64,000 nt of DNA. Source: Escherichia phage ECP_WGS_SA1. Under the pieces are notes generated by a model. It was not told the DNA's origin. It ran no database searches and saw nothing but the letters and a program-made list of their open reading frames with translations. Where the stretch lies: sequence record PQ604604, one strand, 5' to 3'. Within the stretch, counting starts at the first letter, position 1, and each line of letters starts with the position of its first letter. Below are positions 41,042-50,820 of this stretch, piece by piece. The translations under genes were made by a program, and so were the position numbers.

Positions 41042-41593
41042 TTATACAGTGTACGGAGTACCGTCTTGATTCAACCGCACAATGAACTTAAGGTCGACAC
41101 CGATGATCTCACGCGTATCAAAGATAACATAGTTGTAACGACGCTGACCAGCAATATTTGGGTTGGTGTGAGAGTCGGTTACGACTTCCTGCGCAACCTG
41201 AATGCCTTCTTCTTTAAAGAACTTGCGCCATTCAGCAAGTTCAGCGGCAGTCACGTGCATGCCAAGATGGCTAACCTGATTGTCATGCGCATCGATGTAT
41301 TCGATGTTTTCGTGAATCCAGTTGCAACCTTTTGTATAGTCAAGAATTTCAAGCTCAAGAGGCTTACCAGCGCCGCCATCGGTGCCGTTGCCAGCCTGAT
41401 AGTTGAAGCGCAAGTCAGCTTCGTTGGTGCAATCGCCGCGCTGACCCTTAAAGACATCAGCTTCAAATACGCGACCAGTAGCAACAACGTGATCATGGAA
41501 CCATTCTGTCAGGCCGATTTTAGCCAGGAAATTCTGTGCGCGCTGAGCACCTGGAATTGACAGGGCGATTTGTTCAATTTTAAAATGTGGCAT
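41042..41593 (-). CDS. VOC/glyoxalase-like protein
   Basis: Beta-alpha-beta pattern HFKIEQIAL and SHLGMHVTAAELAEWRKFFKEEGIQV resembling VOC modules. Confidence 0.4.
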   Translation of the reverse strand: MPHFKIEQIALSIPGAQRAQNFLAKIGLTEWFHDHVVATGRVFEADVFKGQRGDCTNEADLRFNYQAGNGTDGGAGKPLELEILDYTKGCNWIHENIEYIDAHDNQVSHLGMHVTAAELAEWRKFFKEEGIQVAQEVVTDSHTNPNIAGQRRYNYVIFDTREIIGVDLKFIVRLNQDGTPYTV

Positions 41594-41683
41594 TTTGTTT
41601 CCTTAATTAAATATTATTGATTAATTACTGTGTTGCCTTCGNNNNNNNNNNNNNNNNNNNNNNNNNNNNNNNNNNNNNNTGAT

Positions 41684-42367
41684 TTATTTCCCAAATGGAA
41701 TATCAGTACCAGACATAAAGCGCCATGCGCCCGTAATTAAGATATGGCGAATGAAGTCAGCAATTACTTGCGGCTCAGTCTCCAATCCATTCATCAGCGC
41801 CTTTTTCTGGTATTCAGCAGCATACTCAGGAGTCCAGCCGCGAGTCGCGCAAACAGCATCTTCAATCTGTTTGGACATGCCAGTACCACGTAGCTTATTA
41901 GGACTAATAGAAAATACCGTGATCCCGTATTTAGGCGTAAGCTCGTGAGCCATCTGCTTGCTAATCATGAGCGCAGCAGCCTTGGAAGCATTATAACACA
42001 AGCTGGACGTCATAGGAATATGCGCAGCGTTGGAAACGATATTGATCACAAAACCTTTGTTGTCGATAAGACTTTTCAGCGCGGCTTGAGTCGTGTTGAC
42101 GAAAGAGAAGGCGTTGGTGTGCATAACGCGATTGAACTCTTCGTAGTTAACATCTTCAAACCAGTTGTTGGAGTTGACGCCAGCACAGTTGATCAAGCCT
42201 TCTACATCATATNNNNNNNNNNNNNNNNNNNNNNNNNNNNNNNNNNNNNNNNNNNNNNNNNNNNNNNNNNNNNNNNNNNNNNNNNNATGACCGTAAGCGC
42301 CAAGGGTGTCAAAAATAGATTTACCAAGACCGGAATTGGAACCTGTTACAACAATTACTTTTTTCAT
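41684..42367 (-). CDS. Short-chain dehydrogenase/reductase (SDR)
   Basis: TGSNSGLGK cofactor motif, NCAG, catalytic S...YNASK; one N-masked stretch. Confidence 0.7.
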   Translation of the reverse strand: MKKVIVVTGSNSGLGKSIFDTLGAYGHXXXXXXXXXXXXXXXXXXXXXXXXXYDVEGLINCAGVNSNNWFEDVNYEEFNRVMHTNAFSFVNTTQAALKSLIDNKGFVINIVSNAAHIPMTSSLCYNASKAAALMISKQMAHELTPKYGITVFSISPNKLRGTGMSKQIEDAVCATRGWTPEYAAEYQKKALMNGLETEPQVIADFIRHILITGAWRFMSGTDIPFGK

Positions 42368-42432
42368 TTATTTATCCTTTTTGGACTTCGTTTCGATGAG
42401 ATAAATATAACTCATCGAAACGCACAAGTAAA

Positions 42433-43305
42433 CTATTTATTGAAATTAATATTGTGGGTGTTGACGAGACGTTCACACATGGCGCTGTAAACACCATCGT
42501 CGTGTATAGAGTCTTCGTGCTTCAGGCCGCTGATTGCAAAGCGTGTAAGCTTGACAATCTTAAGCTCGAACAGATGCCACATGTGGTAGTCTTCCGGCGT
42601 TTTCAACGTTACGCCATTAGGGAAAAGCACCTGCATAACCTGGCCAACCATCACGGCATTATCGCCATAGACAGCGTTGCGCTCACGGAAGGTTGCTGCC
42701 ATTGCATCAAGAATATCGGCGGCAGTTGCCGGAGATTGTTCAACTTCCACAGCCTTAGTCTCTTCTTGCCCCGTTGCGCTTGGATCAATTGCTAATTGTT
42801 GCACCACTTCACCTGCCTTGCAAAGATTAAACGTAAAAGCGATTTTATTTTGCGCAACGGAATTATAATACAAGGCTTCATCTTGCATCCGCGCGAGTAC
42901 GTCTTGTCGGTCGTCGAATACATTGATGATTCTATAATCGCCGTGCCGCAATGCGTGCGATAGCCATGCAGATTTCATAATAGTTGATGGACGTTTGTCG
43001 CCATAGTCTCTCATCTTGATTGTAAATTCATCAAAAGGAAAAACATTGTCCAGACGTTCAAAAGTCACTTGTCTGTATTTTTCTGGCCTTGCAGTCCAAT
43101 ATTCAACCGCCTCACCGCGAAGAGATGCCGACTCTACTGCTGATGCAATGTGAGGATAGAACTGATCATAACCAATACCGCTGTGATAGTCATCATAGTC
43201 TGACAACGGACCTGCCACCTTGATGCGGTCTAAACGCCAACGGTCATCAAACAGCGTTCCGTCAAGGTCGAATACGTTTAAGATTTCGCTGTTTTTAATG
43301 CTCAT
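42433..43305 (-). CDS. HAD-family 5'-deoxynucleotidase-like domain fused to unknown C-terminal domain
   Basis: HAD motif I FDLDGTL and downstream FDDRQ; C-terminal 130 aa unassigned. Confidence 0.55.
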   Translation of the reverse strand: MSIKNSEILNVFDLDGTLFDDRWRLDRIKVAGPLSDYDDYHSGIGYDQFYPHIASAVESASLRGEAVEYWTARPEKYRQVTFERLDNVFPFDEFTIKMRDYGDKRPSTIMKSAWLSHALRHGDYRIINVFDDRQDVLARMQDEALYYNSVAQNKIAFTFNLCKAGEVVQQLAIDPSATGQEETKAVEVEQSPATAADILDAMAATFRERNAVYGDNAVMVGQVMQVLFPNGVTLKTPEDYHMWHLFELKIVKLTRFAISGLKHEDSIHDDGVYSAMCERLVNTHNINFNK

Positions 43306-44105
43306 CCTTTTGATACTCCATCTTTAGCAACTGGATTGTTGGTGATTGGCATCGCATTCCAAAACTGGATGCGCAACTCTTCTTGCTGTGCCGTGGTATC
43401 CATCCAATCACGATACCACGGGCAATGGGCTTTACCGTGACGAGGAAACGCGCACTTACCCATACCGATGCATTGCGGCTGCAGTAATGGATTCGCCCAC
43501 GGGTGCACCTTGAGGACTTCCGCAACCATTGCGCGGAACACTTCTTGATACTCTCCTTGTGTGCGCGTGCACAAGCGGTTGGAAGCCATCTGTTGCAGCG
43601 TGCGCAAGTTGAACTTTGCCATGATATGCGTTTGCATATTAGAAGGCAACACGGCACGTGCATCTTGAATCTCTGCGCCAGCCGCGCGAAGCTCTTGATA
43701 CAAAGCATCGATAGTCGCCATCGCATCGTCCCANNNNNNNNNNNNNNNNNNNNNNNNNNNNNNNNNNNNNNNNNNNNNNNNNNNNNNNNNNNNNNNNNNN
43801 NNNNNNNNNNNNGGACGAATCGCATCAAACGCAGATGATTCCTGAGCGCGGCTTGTGCGTTCTTGATATGCGCCTGTGCGTGTGCGTACCATCTGATGCG
43901 TCATGTTCTTTGATACATCTGTGATGTCAAATATATAGTCCACAAAGTCAAAAGGCGACTTGATTGTATCAAGCATGTAGCGCCAATGCTCTTGCTTCTC
44001 TGATTCCGTCATCTCAGAGACAGGCTTACCAGTCATGCGCGTGTTCTTTGTTTCCAGCAAAAGGTCAAGTGCATCTTGGGTGTATCGAATTAATTCAACT
44101 TTCAT
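43302..44105 (-). CDS. thyX: Flavin-dependent thymidylate synthase (ThyX) family protein, divergent signature
   Basis: Aligns by eye to ThyX core but the RHR-x7-S-x-RY signature reads RTR...TSRA; Cys-rich C-terminal extension; one N-masked stretch. Confidence 0.6.
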   Translation of the reverse strand: MKVELIRYTQDALDLLLETKNTRMTGKPVSEMTESEKQEHWRYMLDTIKSPFDFVDYIFDITDVSKNMTHQMVRTRTGAYQERTSRAQESSAFDAIRXXXXXXXXXXXXXXXXXXXXXXXXXXXWDDAMATIDALYQELRAAGAEIQDARAVLPSNMQTHIMAKFNLRTLQQMASNRLCTRTQGEYQEVFRAMVAEVLKVHPWANPLLQPQCIGMGKCAFPRHGKAHCPWYRDWMDTTAQQEELRIQFWNAMPITNNPVAKDGVSKG

Positions 44106-44118
44106 TTTAATTATCCTA

Positions 44119-44565
44119 TTAACGGTAATTCACTAGTTGCTGATCACCAGAGAAGGTGCAATGATAAACGAATTGTGCGTTATAAAGCAACTGAAAACTT
44201 TTCTTTGGTTCATTATTAGAACTCATTGATGTAAAGATTTCTGCACCAGAACGGTTTTCACCAATCAGATTGATAAAGCCGCCAGTTGAACGAGGCTGGA
44301 CGAAAGTGAAACGTTGCACCCACGGAGTACGGTTGGCACCTTTCCCTGTGAATCCCTGAATCTGAATATTCAGACCTTCTTGCTCGTTAACACCGATGTA
44401 AGTGGTAATCTTTGCACCAGTCGTTGCTGCGGTCTTACCGTCCATCGCTTCGCAATCGTAAACAGCGATTGAATCGGAAGTACGGATGGCAGCTTCAGTC
44501 GCTTCCATATACATGGTGCCGAGAATAGCAGTCGCGGCAAGAGCGATTCCAGTGATTCGTTTCAT
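44119..44565 (-). CDS. Secreted protein of unknown function
   Basis: Signal-peptide-like N-terminus MKRITGIALAATAILGTMYMEA. Confidence 0.45.
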   Translation of the reverse strand: MKRITGIALAATAILGTMYMEATEAAIRTSDSIAVYDCEAMDGKTAATTGAKITTYIGVNEQEGLNIQIQGFTGKGANRTPWVQRFTFVQPRSTGGFINLIGENRSGAEIFTSMSSNNEPKKSFQLLYNAQFVYHCTFSGDQQLVNYR

Positions 44566-44630
44566 TTTCGTTTCCTCTATGAGTTCTGCTTCAATGATTA
44601 AAGTATACGCCCATTGAAGAAGAAAGCAAA

Positions 44631-45626
44631 TTATTTATTAGCAATATAAGCAAATTTTTGATAGTTATTTGCTTTGATGAGTTTTTCAACTTCAACAAGG
44701 TCATGAGCGACGTCATCAAGCAAAATGTTGCGCCAGGTAGCAAATCGACCGACACTGAACACGTTCAAATCCATAGTCAGCTGCAGGAGTAGGGCGTGTC
44801 GCAAGTCTTTCGGAATGTCGACAATCTTGCCATATTTCTGGTCGACCTTTTCAACTTCTTCAAGAGCGATGTCACTCCATGAAAGGCCAAATGCAGTCAA
44901 CACTTCGTCGACTTCTGCGCGAAGCTTCATGTCACGGTAACGAGTGATGCCGCCGGCAGCTTCAACTGCAGCTTCACTTACGCTGACTAAAGGAATTGTT
45001 TCAATGATAAGCGTGTCACCAGTAATTGATGCGCGGTAAGTTCTGACGGAGTAGTCAGGGAAGTAAATTGTCTGATACAAATCACACTTACGTTTAATCT
45101 TAAAGCGGTAAACGCGAATGTTTGCTTTATCAAATGAGAAATCAAGCTTTTGATCAATCCCAGCCAGCTTCATCATGACTGGCAGCGGCGACGTATTGAT
45201 GATTGGTGTCTCGCTATAGCCACAAAGAGTATCAACCGGAGTATTAAAGAATATGCGGTCACCCAGTTTGTCGACAAGCTGATCATAAAAGTCATCAGGC
45301 GCAATATAACGCGTTGCAGCCTTAAGCTTCATGATTGAACGGCTACCAAACTGATTGGTGACCTTCATGGAATACATATTGGCAAGGTTAATTGGGCAAT
45401 GGTCGTGGTAGTAGTTGCCGCGAAAATACACAGCCTTGTCAACTGTCACGGCCTTAAAGGGGATTCCGGTAATACGGCTTACTTCTTCGCCACGGAAGCG
45501 TAGCAACGCCTTGTGCTGTTGCACCCGTTCCCCTGCTTCGTACACAATAGAGTTCGGGAAGTGACACGCTGTGATAAGTCCTGCTAATCCGCCGCCGATA
45601 ATCATTACAGGTTGTTTCATGTTCAT
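44631..45626 (-). CDS. FAD/NAD(P)-binding oxidoreductase
   Basis: N-terminal dinucleotide-binding motif VMIIGGGLAGL; C-terminal FxxGRxAxW motif like amine-oxidase/UGM-type flavoenzymes. Confidence 0.6.
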   Translation of the reverse strand: MNMKQPVMIIGGGLAGLITACHFPNSIVYEAGERVQQHKALLRFRGEEVSRITGIPFKAVTVDKAVYFRGNYYHDHCPINLANMYSMKVTNQFGSRSIMKLKAATRYIAPDDFYDQLVDKLGDRIFFNTPVDTLCGYSETPIINTSPLPVMMKLAGIDQKLDFSFDKANIRVYRFKIKRKCDLYQTIYFPDYSVRTYRASITGDTLIIETIPLVSVSEAAVEAAGGITRYRDMKLRAEVDEVLTAFGLSWSDIALEEVEKVDQKYGKIVDIPKDLRHALLLQLTMDLNVFSVGRFATWRNILLDDVAHDLVEVEKLIKANNYQKFAYIANK

Positions 45627-45703
45627 TTGTCCTTTGTGGGTGATATGAGAAGTATAATAGCTAAATTATTTTACAGCAACAAGTCATTTTATTTAGTACA
45701 GAT

Positions 45704-45732
45704 GAAAAAAAGACCCACAACAAGTGTGGGTC
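45704..45732 (-). terminator. Intrinsic terminator (minus strand) after charged-repeat gene
   Basis: GACCCACACTTGTTGTGGGTC then T7 on minus strand. Confidence 0.6.
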
Positions 45733-45759
45733 AATTACCGCTGCATAACCGTCCTAAGG

Positions 45760-46599
45760 TTATTCCGCTTGATCACCGTCTTCGGCATCTTCGTTGGATT
45801 CAACATCGACAAACTCGATGTGACCCATCTCTTCCAGCTTGCTCAGGTAGGAGCGAACGGAAGCGCCAAACAGTTGATCTTTAACTTTTTCGCCCAGCTC
45901 ATCGATAGACTGCGCCACGCCAACTTCGCCTTCTTTGATCGCCGCCAGAACGCGTCCACGGGTGGAATGCTCTTGCGGCTGGCTCAGGCCATTGCCAGTG
46001 TAGATGAAGTGGGTTGCTTTTGCACGACGCTGACCGTTCGCCTTTTTAGCAGCCTTACGTTCTGCGATGGCTTTGCGACGTTCTTCAGCTTCTTTCTTAC
46101 GCTGTTCTTTCTGCTTTTCTGCAGCTTCTTTAGCCGCAATCTTAGCAGCTTCACGCTCTGCCTTGCGTTTCGCTTTAGCTTCTTCTTTAGCCTTCTCTTT
46201 TTCGGCCTTCGCTGCAGCACGGGCCTGATCACGCTCTGCTTTCTTAGCAGCAGCTTGTTCAGCTTTCAGGCGCTTGGCTTCTTCTTTAGCCTTTGCCTTT
46301 TCGATTTCTTTTGCTGCTTTAGCGGCTTCACGCTCTGCTTTCTTAGCAGCGGCCTTTTCTGCACGCTCTTTAGCTTTCTTAGCTGCTTCTTCAGCACGCT
46401 TCTGAGCCTTCTCATCAGCAGCCTGCTTGCGTTTCAGCGCAGCTTCTTCACGCTTGGCTTGTTTTTCCTGCTCACGCTTCTGGCGTTTTTCTTCGGCTTC
46501 TTTCTTTTTAGCCAGACGTTTTTCTTCAGCCACGCGACGACGTTCTGCTGCAGCTGCTTGTTTTTCTTCTTTAGATAATACTTTGATTGCTTCGGCCAT
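45760..46599 (-). CDS. Highly charged K/E/A/R-rich repeat protein with C-terminal globular domain
   Basis: About 190 aa of E/K/R/A low-complexity helix-like sequence then an 85-aa non-repetitive tail; AAGGA RBS. Confidence 0.55.
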   Translation of the reverse strand: MAEAIKVLSKEEKQAAAAERRRVAEEKRLAKKKEAEEKRQKREQEKQAKREEAALKRKQAADEKAQKRAEEAAKKAKERAEKAAAKKAEREAAKAAKEIEKAKAKEEAKRLKAEQAAAKKAERDQARAAAKAEKEKAKEEAKAKRKAEREAAKIAAKEAAEKQKEQRKKEAEERRKAIAERKAAKKANGQRRAKATHFIYTGNGLSQPQEHSTRGRVLAAIKEGEVGVAQSIDELGEKVKDQLFGASVRSYLSKLEEMGHIEFVDVESNEDAEDGDQAE

Positions 46600-46758
46600 G
46601 TTCACAGTCCTTAAATAAATTAGTTTATTTTATATTCCCCGTTTGGGATAACTTAATTATGCCTTCAGTCGCCGCCAGTAGCAACTAAAAACTCTGGCGG
46701 CAATGCCACTTTAATTAAACTGATTTTCAGTTTTATTTTTCGTAAATTTACGTCAACA

Positions 46759-47943
46759 TTAACGCGCTTTCAAATCACGGTACACGGTCAGATTCTTCTT
46801 AGCGCGGGTAATAGCGGTGTACATCATCTTGGCATACGGAACGCCGCGTAAGATTTCTTCCAGCACGCACACATTGTCCCACTCGCTGCCTTGCGATTTG
46901 TGCACCGTTATGACATAGCCATAGTCCATGCCTCCAACAGCGCGTTGGGCCTCTTTGCGCACTTCCTGATCAGTAGAGAAGGAAAGAGGATTTATCTTCA
47001 CCTTTATATCTTTGCCATCGGTAAGCGAGCGCAAATTGACATACATTATTTCATTGGATTCATCTTCATCCCTTTCAAAGTCCGGCACGGGCTCATAACT
47101 AATAACAATCCCTTGCTCGCCATTACAGAATCCTGGACCGTGTTGGTTGAATGTGCAAATAACTTTCTCGCCGATTCCTGGCATTGGCGTTATACGTCCG
47201 CTCACTTGCCGCAATAATGAATTCCATTTATCTTTGGTGCTATTATATGAACAAATAATTTGATCATCTTCGCCCATAAATTTCTTCAGTGCGGTAACGC
47301 GCGGCGATTCAGCCAGAACCTTTACGTCATCGTATTCACGCGGAGGAAGTCGGTTTCCCTGTCGAACGAAGAAGGAAGCGCGGATTATGTTGGACTCTTT
47401 CCCCTGCCGCATGATTTCGGTTAACAGCACGTCAACGGCATCTTCAGTAAAGTAGGCGGCGGCCTTTACCGGAGGAACTTGTCCAATGTCGCCTAATGCC
47501 AGCACAGGGATGCGGTGATCAAGAAGGCGCTCTGTGTCCCACTCGCCGACCATTGAAGCTTCATCAAGAACTACAAGATGCGGTTTTTCGTCCAGCTTTG
47601 ACTTTCTCGAAAATATTGGCTCATTGTCGTCATTTACGCCGCGCACATTATAGATGAACTGGTGAAGGGTCTTAGCGCCACGACATCCTTTTTGCTTCAA
47701 TCGGCTGGCGGCCTTTCCGGTCGGCGCAATATAAATGGCGCCGTACTCACCGACACAACGGCGCACAATCTCACGCGCAATAGAGGTTTTACCTGTTCCT
47801 GCATAGCCAGCGATGAAAAACACGCGCTTCGTCGTTTTACCGTCCTGCAATCGCTTGTACCATGCAACGGCCTTTTCGATGGCGTCAATCTGTTGCGCGT
47901 TGAACTGAATCGCTGGCTCATTATTAAATTCTGGAATGTTCAT
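46759..47943 (-). CDS. Dda/RecD-like SF1 DNA helicase
   Basis: Walker A GYAGTGKT and SF1 helicase motif order. Confidence 0.75.
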   Translation of the reverse strand: MNIPEFNNEPAIQFNAQQIDAIEKAVAWYKRLQDGKTTKRVFFIAGYAGTGKTSIAREIVRRCVGEYGAIYIAPTGKAASRLKQKGCRGAKTLHQFIYNVRGVNDDNEPIFSRKSKLDEKPHLVVLDEASMVGEWDTERLLDHRIPVLALGDIGQVPPVKAAAYFTEDAVDVLLTEIMRQGKESNIIRASFFVRQGNRLPPREYDDVKVLAESPRVTALKKFMGEDDQIICSYNSTKDKWNSLLRQVSGRITPMPGIGEKVICTFNQHGPGFCNGEQGIVISYEPVPDFERDEDESNEIMYVNLRSLTDGKDIKVKINPLSFSTDQEVRKEAQRAVGGMDYGYVITVHKSQGSEWDNVCVLEEILRGVPYAKMMYTAITRAKKNLTVYRDLKAR

Positions 47944-48269
47944 TATAACTCCACTACGCTTTCAAGGTCCAGATATACTGGAATAAAATGGCAATCTTCT
48001 TTTCGTTCAAACATCTCACCGTCAACTTGGCTGAAGAAAACAGTCGTGTTTGGTATCTTCCACCCTTGCTCGTCGCGCACCAGGTACGCCATGGATTCAA
48101 CAGGGATGTAAAGCGATACCGGATTTGCGGCAAAGATGAATTTGATTCTGTCTGGTTGACCCAGGAATCGCATAATTGTAAGACTTGAATTCAGCCTTGT
48201 ATTAAGGAAGGACTCAACGATGCCGACGTGTGTTGCACGTTCGCGTTGCTTCGTATCTTTTTCGTTCAT
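47943..48269 (-). CDS. Hypothetical protein
   Basis: Stop/start overlap with helicase; first gene of minus-strand operon. Confidence 0.45.
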   Translation of the reverse strand: MNEKDTKQRERATHVGIVESFLNTRLNSSLTIMRFLGQPDRIKFIFAANPVSLYIPVESMAYLVRDEQGWKIPNTTVFFSQVDGEMFERKEDCHFIPVYLDLESVVEL

Positions 48270-48372
48270 TTCAGGCGACCTTTGTTAGTGCGGAAATATT
48301 TTCTGATAGTATAATTGCAGATATAGTATAAAGCAAAGTAAATCGAAATTGTGAACTAAATGGTAAATATTG

Positions 48373-48400
48373 TTGACTTTGTATCACTCAATATTATACT
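48373..48400 (+). promoter_or_regulatory. Sigma70-like promoter upstream of primase operon
   Basis: TTGACT - 16 nt - TATACT in divergent intergenic region. Confidence 0.55.
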
Positions 48401-48429
48401 GCAGGTATTGATCACCGAAGGAAAGAAAG

Positions 48430-49512
48430 ATGGCTAGTTTAAGAGAAGAAGCAAAAATAATCGAAGAGTTTTTGACGGAACTCCAAAGAGGCATTCCAGA
48501 AGATGAACGCGTCATGACCGTGTTTGCGCCTGAAGCAACGGTGCAGACCGACGAGCGCGGCAAAAAGATTAACAGCAGCTTCTGGCCTAAGCCTTGGAAG
48601 CTTGGCAAGCCGCTGATGCAACATCAGAACGGTTACGCCTGCATAAGTTCAATGCGTAAGTCTCCCAACCCAAAGACAGGCGAGATGCGATACTGGCGCA
48701 CGGAATCGGCCTTTGGTCATGGCATGGCGATGATGGTCGACGACATCGGTCACGGTAAAGGGTCTAAAGGCGATTTAGATTTGGAGTTCTTTTTCGAGCG
48801 TCTGAAGCCAACCGTCATCATTGAGACTTCGCCGAACAACCACCAGCTGTGGTATTTCTTTAAAGAACCAATTGACCATCTTATTCAGTTCAAAGCATTC
48901 CTTGGGTCTTTCGTAAACATGGTACTCAAGAAGGGCGGCGACAATACGATTAAAGACGTGACGCGCGTGGGCCGTGTTCCTGGGTGCATCAATAACAAGC
49001 GTGTGACTCACGACGGCCCTTATAAATATGTCGATGAGAACGGCGACCCGTTCCGCTGCCGACTTGTCCATGCAGACTATTCTTTGCGCTACACAATCGA
49101 AGAGATTTGCCAAGCCTTCGGTTTCCACGTCGTTATGCCGCAAAAGCGTGAAATTCAAATCGACGTTGACGAATACAAATATGACGCTGTTTGGTATAAG
49201 ATAGCCCAGCAAATCCTTGCGCGCAATAAGATGGGCGAAGGGTCCGACGGCGATGTTGTTGAAAATATGTCAGGTAAATGCCGCATCATCTGTCCTTGGG
49301 GTGAAGAGCACACCAACGGCGACCCATACGGCGCTTATTTTCGCGGCCCCATCCCTGGCGCTGAACATGAATTCGTTTTCGGTTGCGCTCACGACTGTCA
49401 CCGGAAAGGGGAAGGCAAGAAAGGATGGACCGCTTTTGTTGAAGCAGTAGTCATGCCTTATATTGAGAATCAACTTGATATGATAAATCGTCGCGCAGGT
49501 GGCATAAAATAG
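48430..49512 (+). CDS. DNA primase (primase-polymerase-like with zinc-binding region)
   Basis: VIIETSPNNHQLWYFF resembles prim-pol motif; Cys/His cluster CPWGEEH...CAHDCH; downstream P-loop helicase. Confidence 0.55.
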   Translation: MASLREEAKIIEEFLTELQRGIPEDERVMTVFAPEATVQTDERGKKINSSFWPKPWKLGKPLMQHQNGYACISSMRKSPNPKTGEMRYWRTESAFGHGMAMMVDDIGHGKGSKGDLDLEFFFERLKPTVIIETSPNNHQLWYFFKEPIDHLIQFKAFLGSFVNMVLKKGGDNTIKDVTRVGRVPGCINNKRVTHDGPYKYVDENGDPFRCRLVHADYSLRYTIEEICQAFGFHVVMPQKREIQIDVDEYKYDAVWYKIAQQILARNKMGEGSDGDVVENMSGKCRIICPWGEEHTNGDPYGAYFRGPIPGAEHEFVFGCAHDCHRKGEGKKGWTAFVEAVVMPYIENQLDMINRRAGGIK

Positions 49513-49718
49513 TTTGCTTTTATTTTTCTAGCAACTATAATCATTTTATGAACTGAAGCAGAGGTGATTTATGCAAAGCGAAGAATTGAACATCGAGCTT
49601 GAAGGTTTGTTAAATTCGTTAGAACCTAAGCCCGTAGAGCTTCCCACCCTTGAAGGTGTCATGGCTCACCACCAATCGGCTGCGGCCAAACACTACTCTG
49701 AATTTGTTAAGGGATAAA

Positions 49719-50009
49719 ATGAACGAACCAAAAATGATGACCACTGAAGAAGCACAAAAACTTCGCGTGGAGAACGAGCTTAAGCTTGTCAATGAAATTC
49801 TTCCTCTGTTTAAAGGCTATGCGGTTGAAGAAGTCGTTGGCGCAATCCTTAATGTGTCGACGCACGTAGCGATGAATCTGAATGCAGAGCGTTTCAATAC
49901 TTTGCTGACGATCAACAAATTTACTGTCAGTGCAACATTCACCGTTGAGCCAGTAAATTTTGAAGAAGCTGCAGCCGCAATTCAACAACAGCGAGATCAA
50001 GAGGTGTAG
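49719..50009 (+). CDS. Hypothetical protein
   Basis: AAGGG RBS. Confidence 0.4.
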   Translation: MNEPKMMTTEEAQKLRVENELKLVNEILPLFKGYAVEEVVGAILNVSTHVAMNLNAERFNTLLTINKFTVSATFTVEPVNFEEAAAAIQQQRDQEV

Positions 50010-50010
50010 C

Positions 50011-50274
50011 ATGGGCGCTTTCCGCAACGAGTTTATTTGGAACGTCACAAGCAGTCTTTCGACTTGTCCTAACTGTGCGAGCGATGTGATCAAGGTGCGG
50101 CAACATCGCAATGCAGAGGAAGGTGCCTGGGAGGACGGCGACCTTGTAGAGTGCCAGTGCTGCTCTCACGAAGGCGTGGTGGAGCTTTACGCAGGAGAAG
50201 GTTGTCCACCAGCAGAACGTTCAGCACGCGTTGAATGGGATGCGACAGACTACATCGGTGATCCTCAACAGTAA
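50011..50274 (+). CDS. Zinc-ribbon protein
   Basis: CPNC...CQCC motif pair; AGAGGTG RBS. Confidence 0.4.
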   Translation: MGAFRNEFIWNVTSSLSTCPNCASDVIKVRQHRNAEEGAWEDGDLVECQCCSHEGVVELYAGEGCPPAERSARVEWDATDYIGDPQQ

Positions 50275-50393
50275 ATTTAGGTATAGATACATATGAAAGC
50301 CGTAAAGAAATACACATTAATCATTTCCCTTGTAATCATCCTGGGGCTATTATATGTATTGGATATGACATATTATTTGGCAGGGGTGAGTAA

Positions 50394-50684
50394 ATGAATA
50401 TTGTAATTCTTTATGGTGAGAATATCAGCGATGACGACATCGAAGTTGCCGTTGATGTTTACGGTATCGATGAGGTGAAACGTGTTGAAGAAATTAATGG
50501 CTCAAATCTTAATGAGATTGCCAAAGAAGCTGGTTGCCCTTCGGAAGAGATTCTGGTGGTTACTAACGATGACCTGTCTTCTATGGATTGTTTGCGCCGC
50601 ATCTTCACCGATTGCCAATACCTTCATTCTGTTCAGTCAGTAAACAAATTGAGAAAGGCATACGCTGACCAATTTCCTTGCTGA
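50394..50684 (+). CDS. Hypothetical acidic protein
   Basis: GGGGTGAG RBS. Confidence 0.45.
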   Translation: MNIVILYGENISDDDIEVAVDVYGIDEVKRVEEINGSNLNEIAKEAGCPSEEILVVTNDDLSSMDCLRRIFTDCQYLHSVQSVNKLRKAYADQFPC

Positions 50685-50734
50685 TAGTTCACCAGTTATA
50701 TTGCTTTAAACTGAGTTTTACTATATTAATATAC

Positions 50735-50760
50735 AACGCCAGATTTCTGGCGTTTATTTA
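50735..50760 (+). terminator. Intrinsic terminator
   Basis: AACGCCAGATTTCTGGCGTT then TATTTA. Confidence 0.5.
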
Positions 50761-50820
50761 CCGCACCCTGAAAGGATATATCCATGCAACAATATAACAA
50801 AGCCGTATCAGGAGGATTAA

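Noticed and set aside
37548-45626. 7-deazaguanine (queuosine-type) modification genes expected near a DnaE-type replisome
   Set aside because: No GTP cyclohydrolase, QueC (SGGxDS), QueD, radical-SAM QueE (CxxxCxxC) or transglycosylase motifs were seen in any ORF
45724-46578. Plus-strand 284-aa Phe/Leu/Ser-rich ORF
   Set aside because: Antisense reading of the K/E/A-rich repeat gene; low-complexity artefact without RBS
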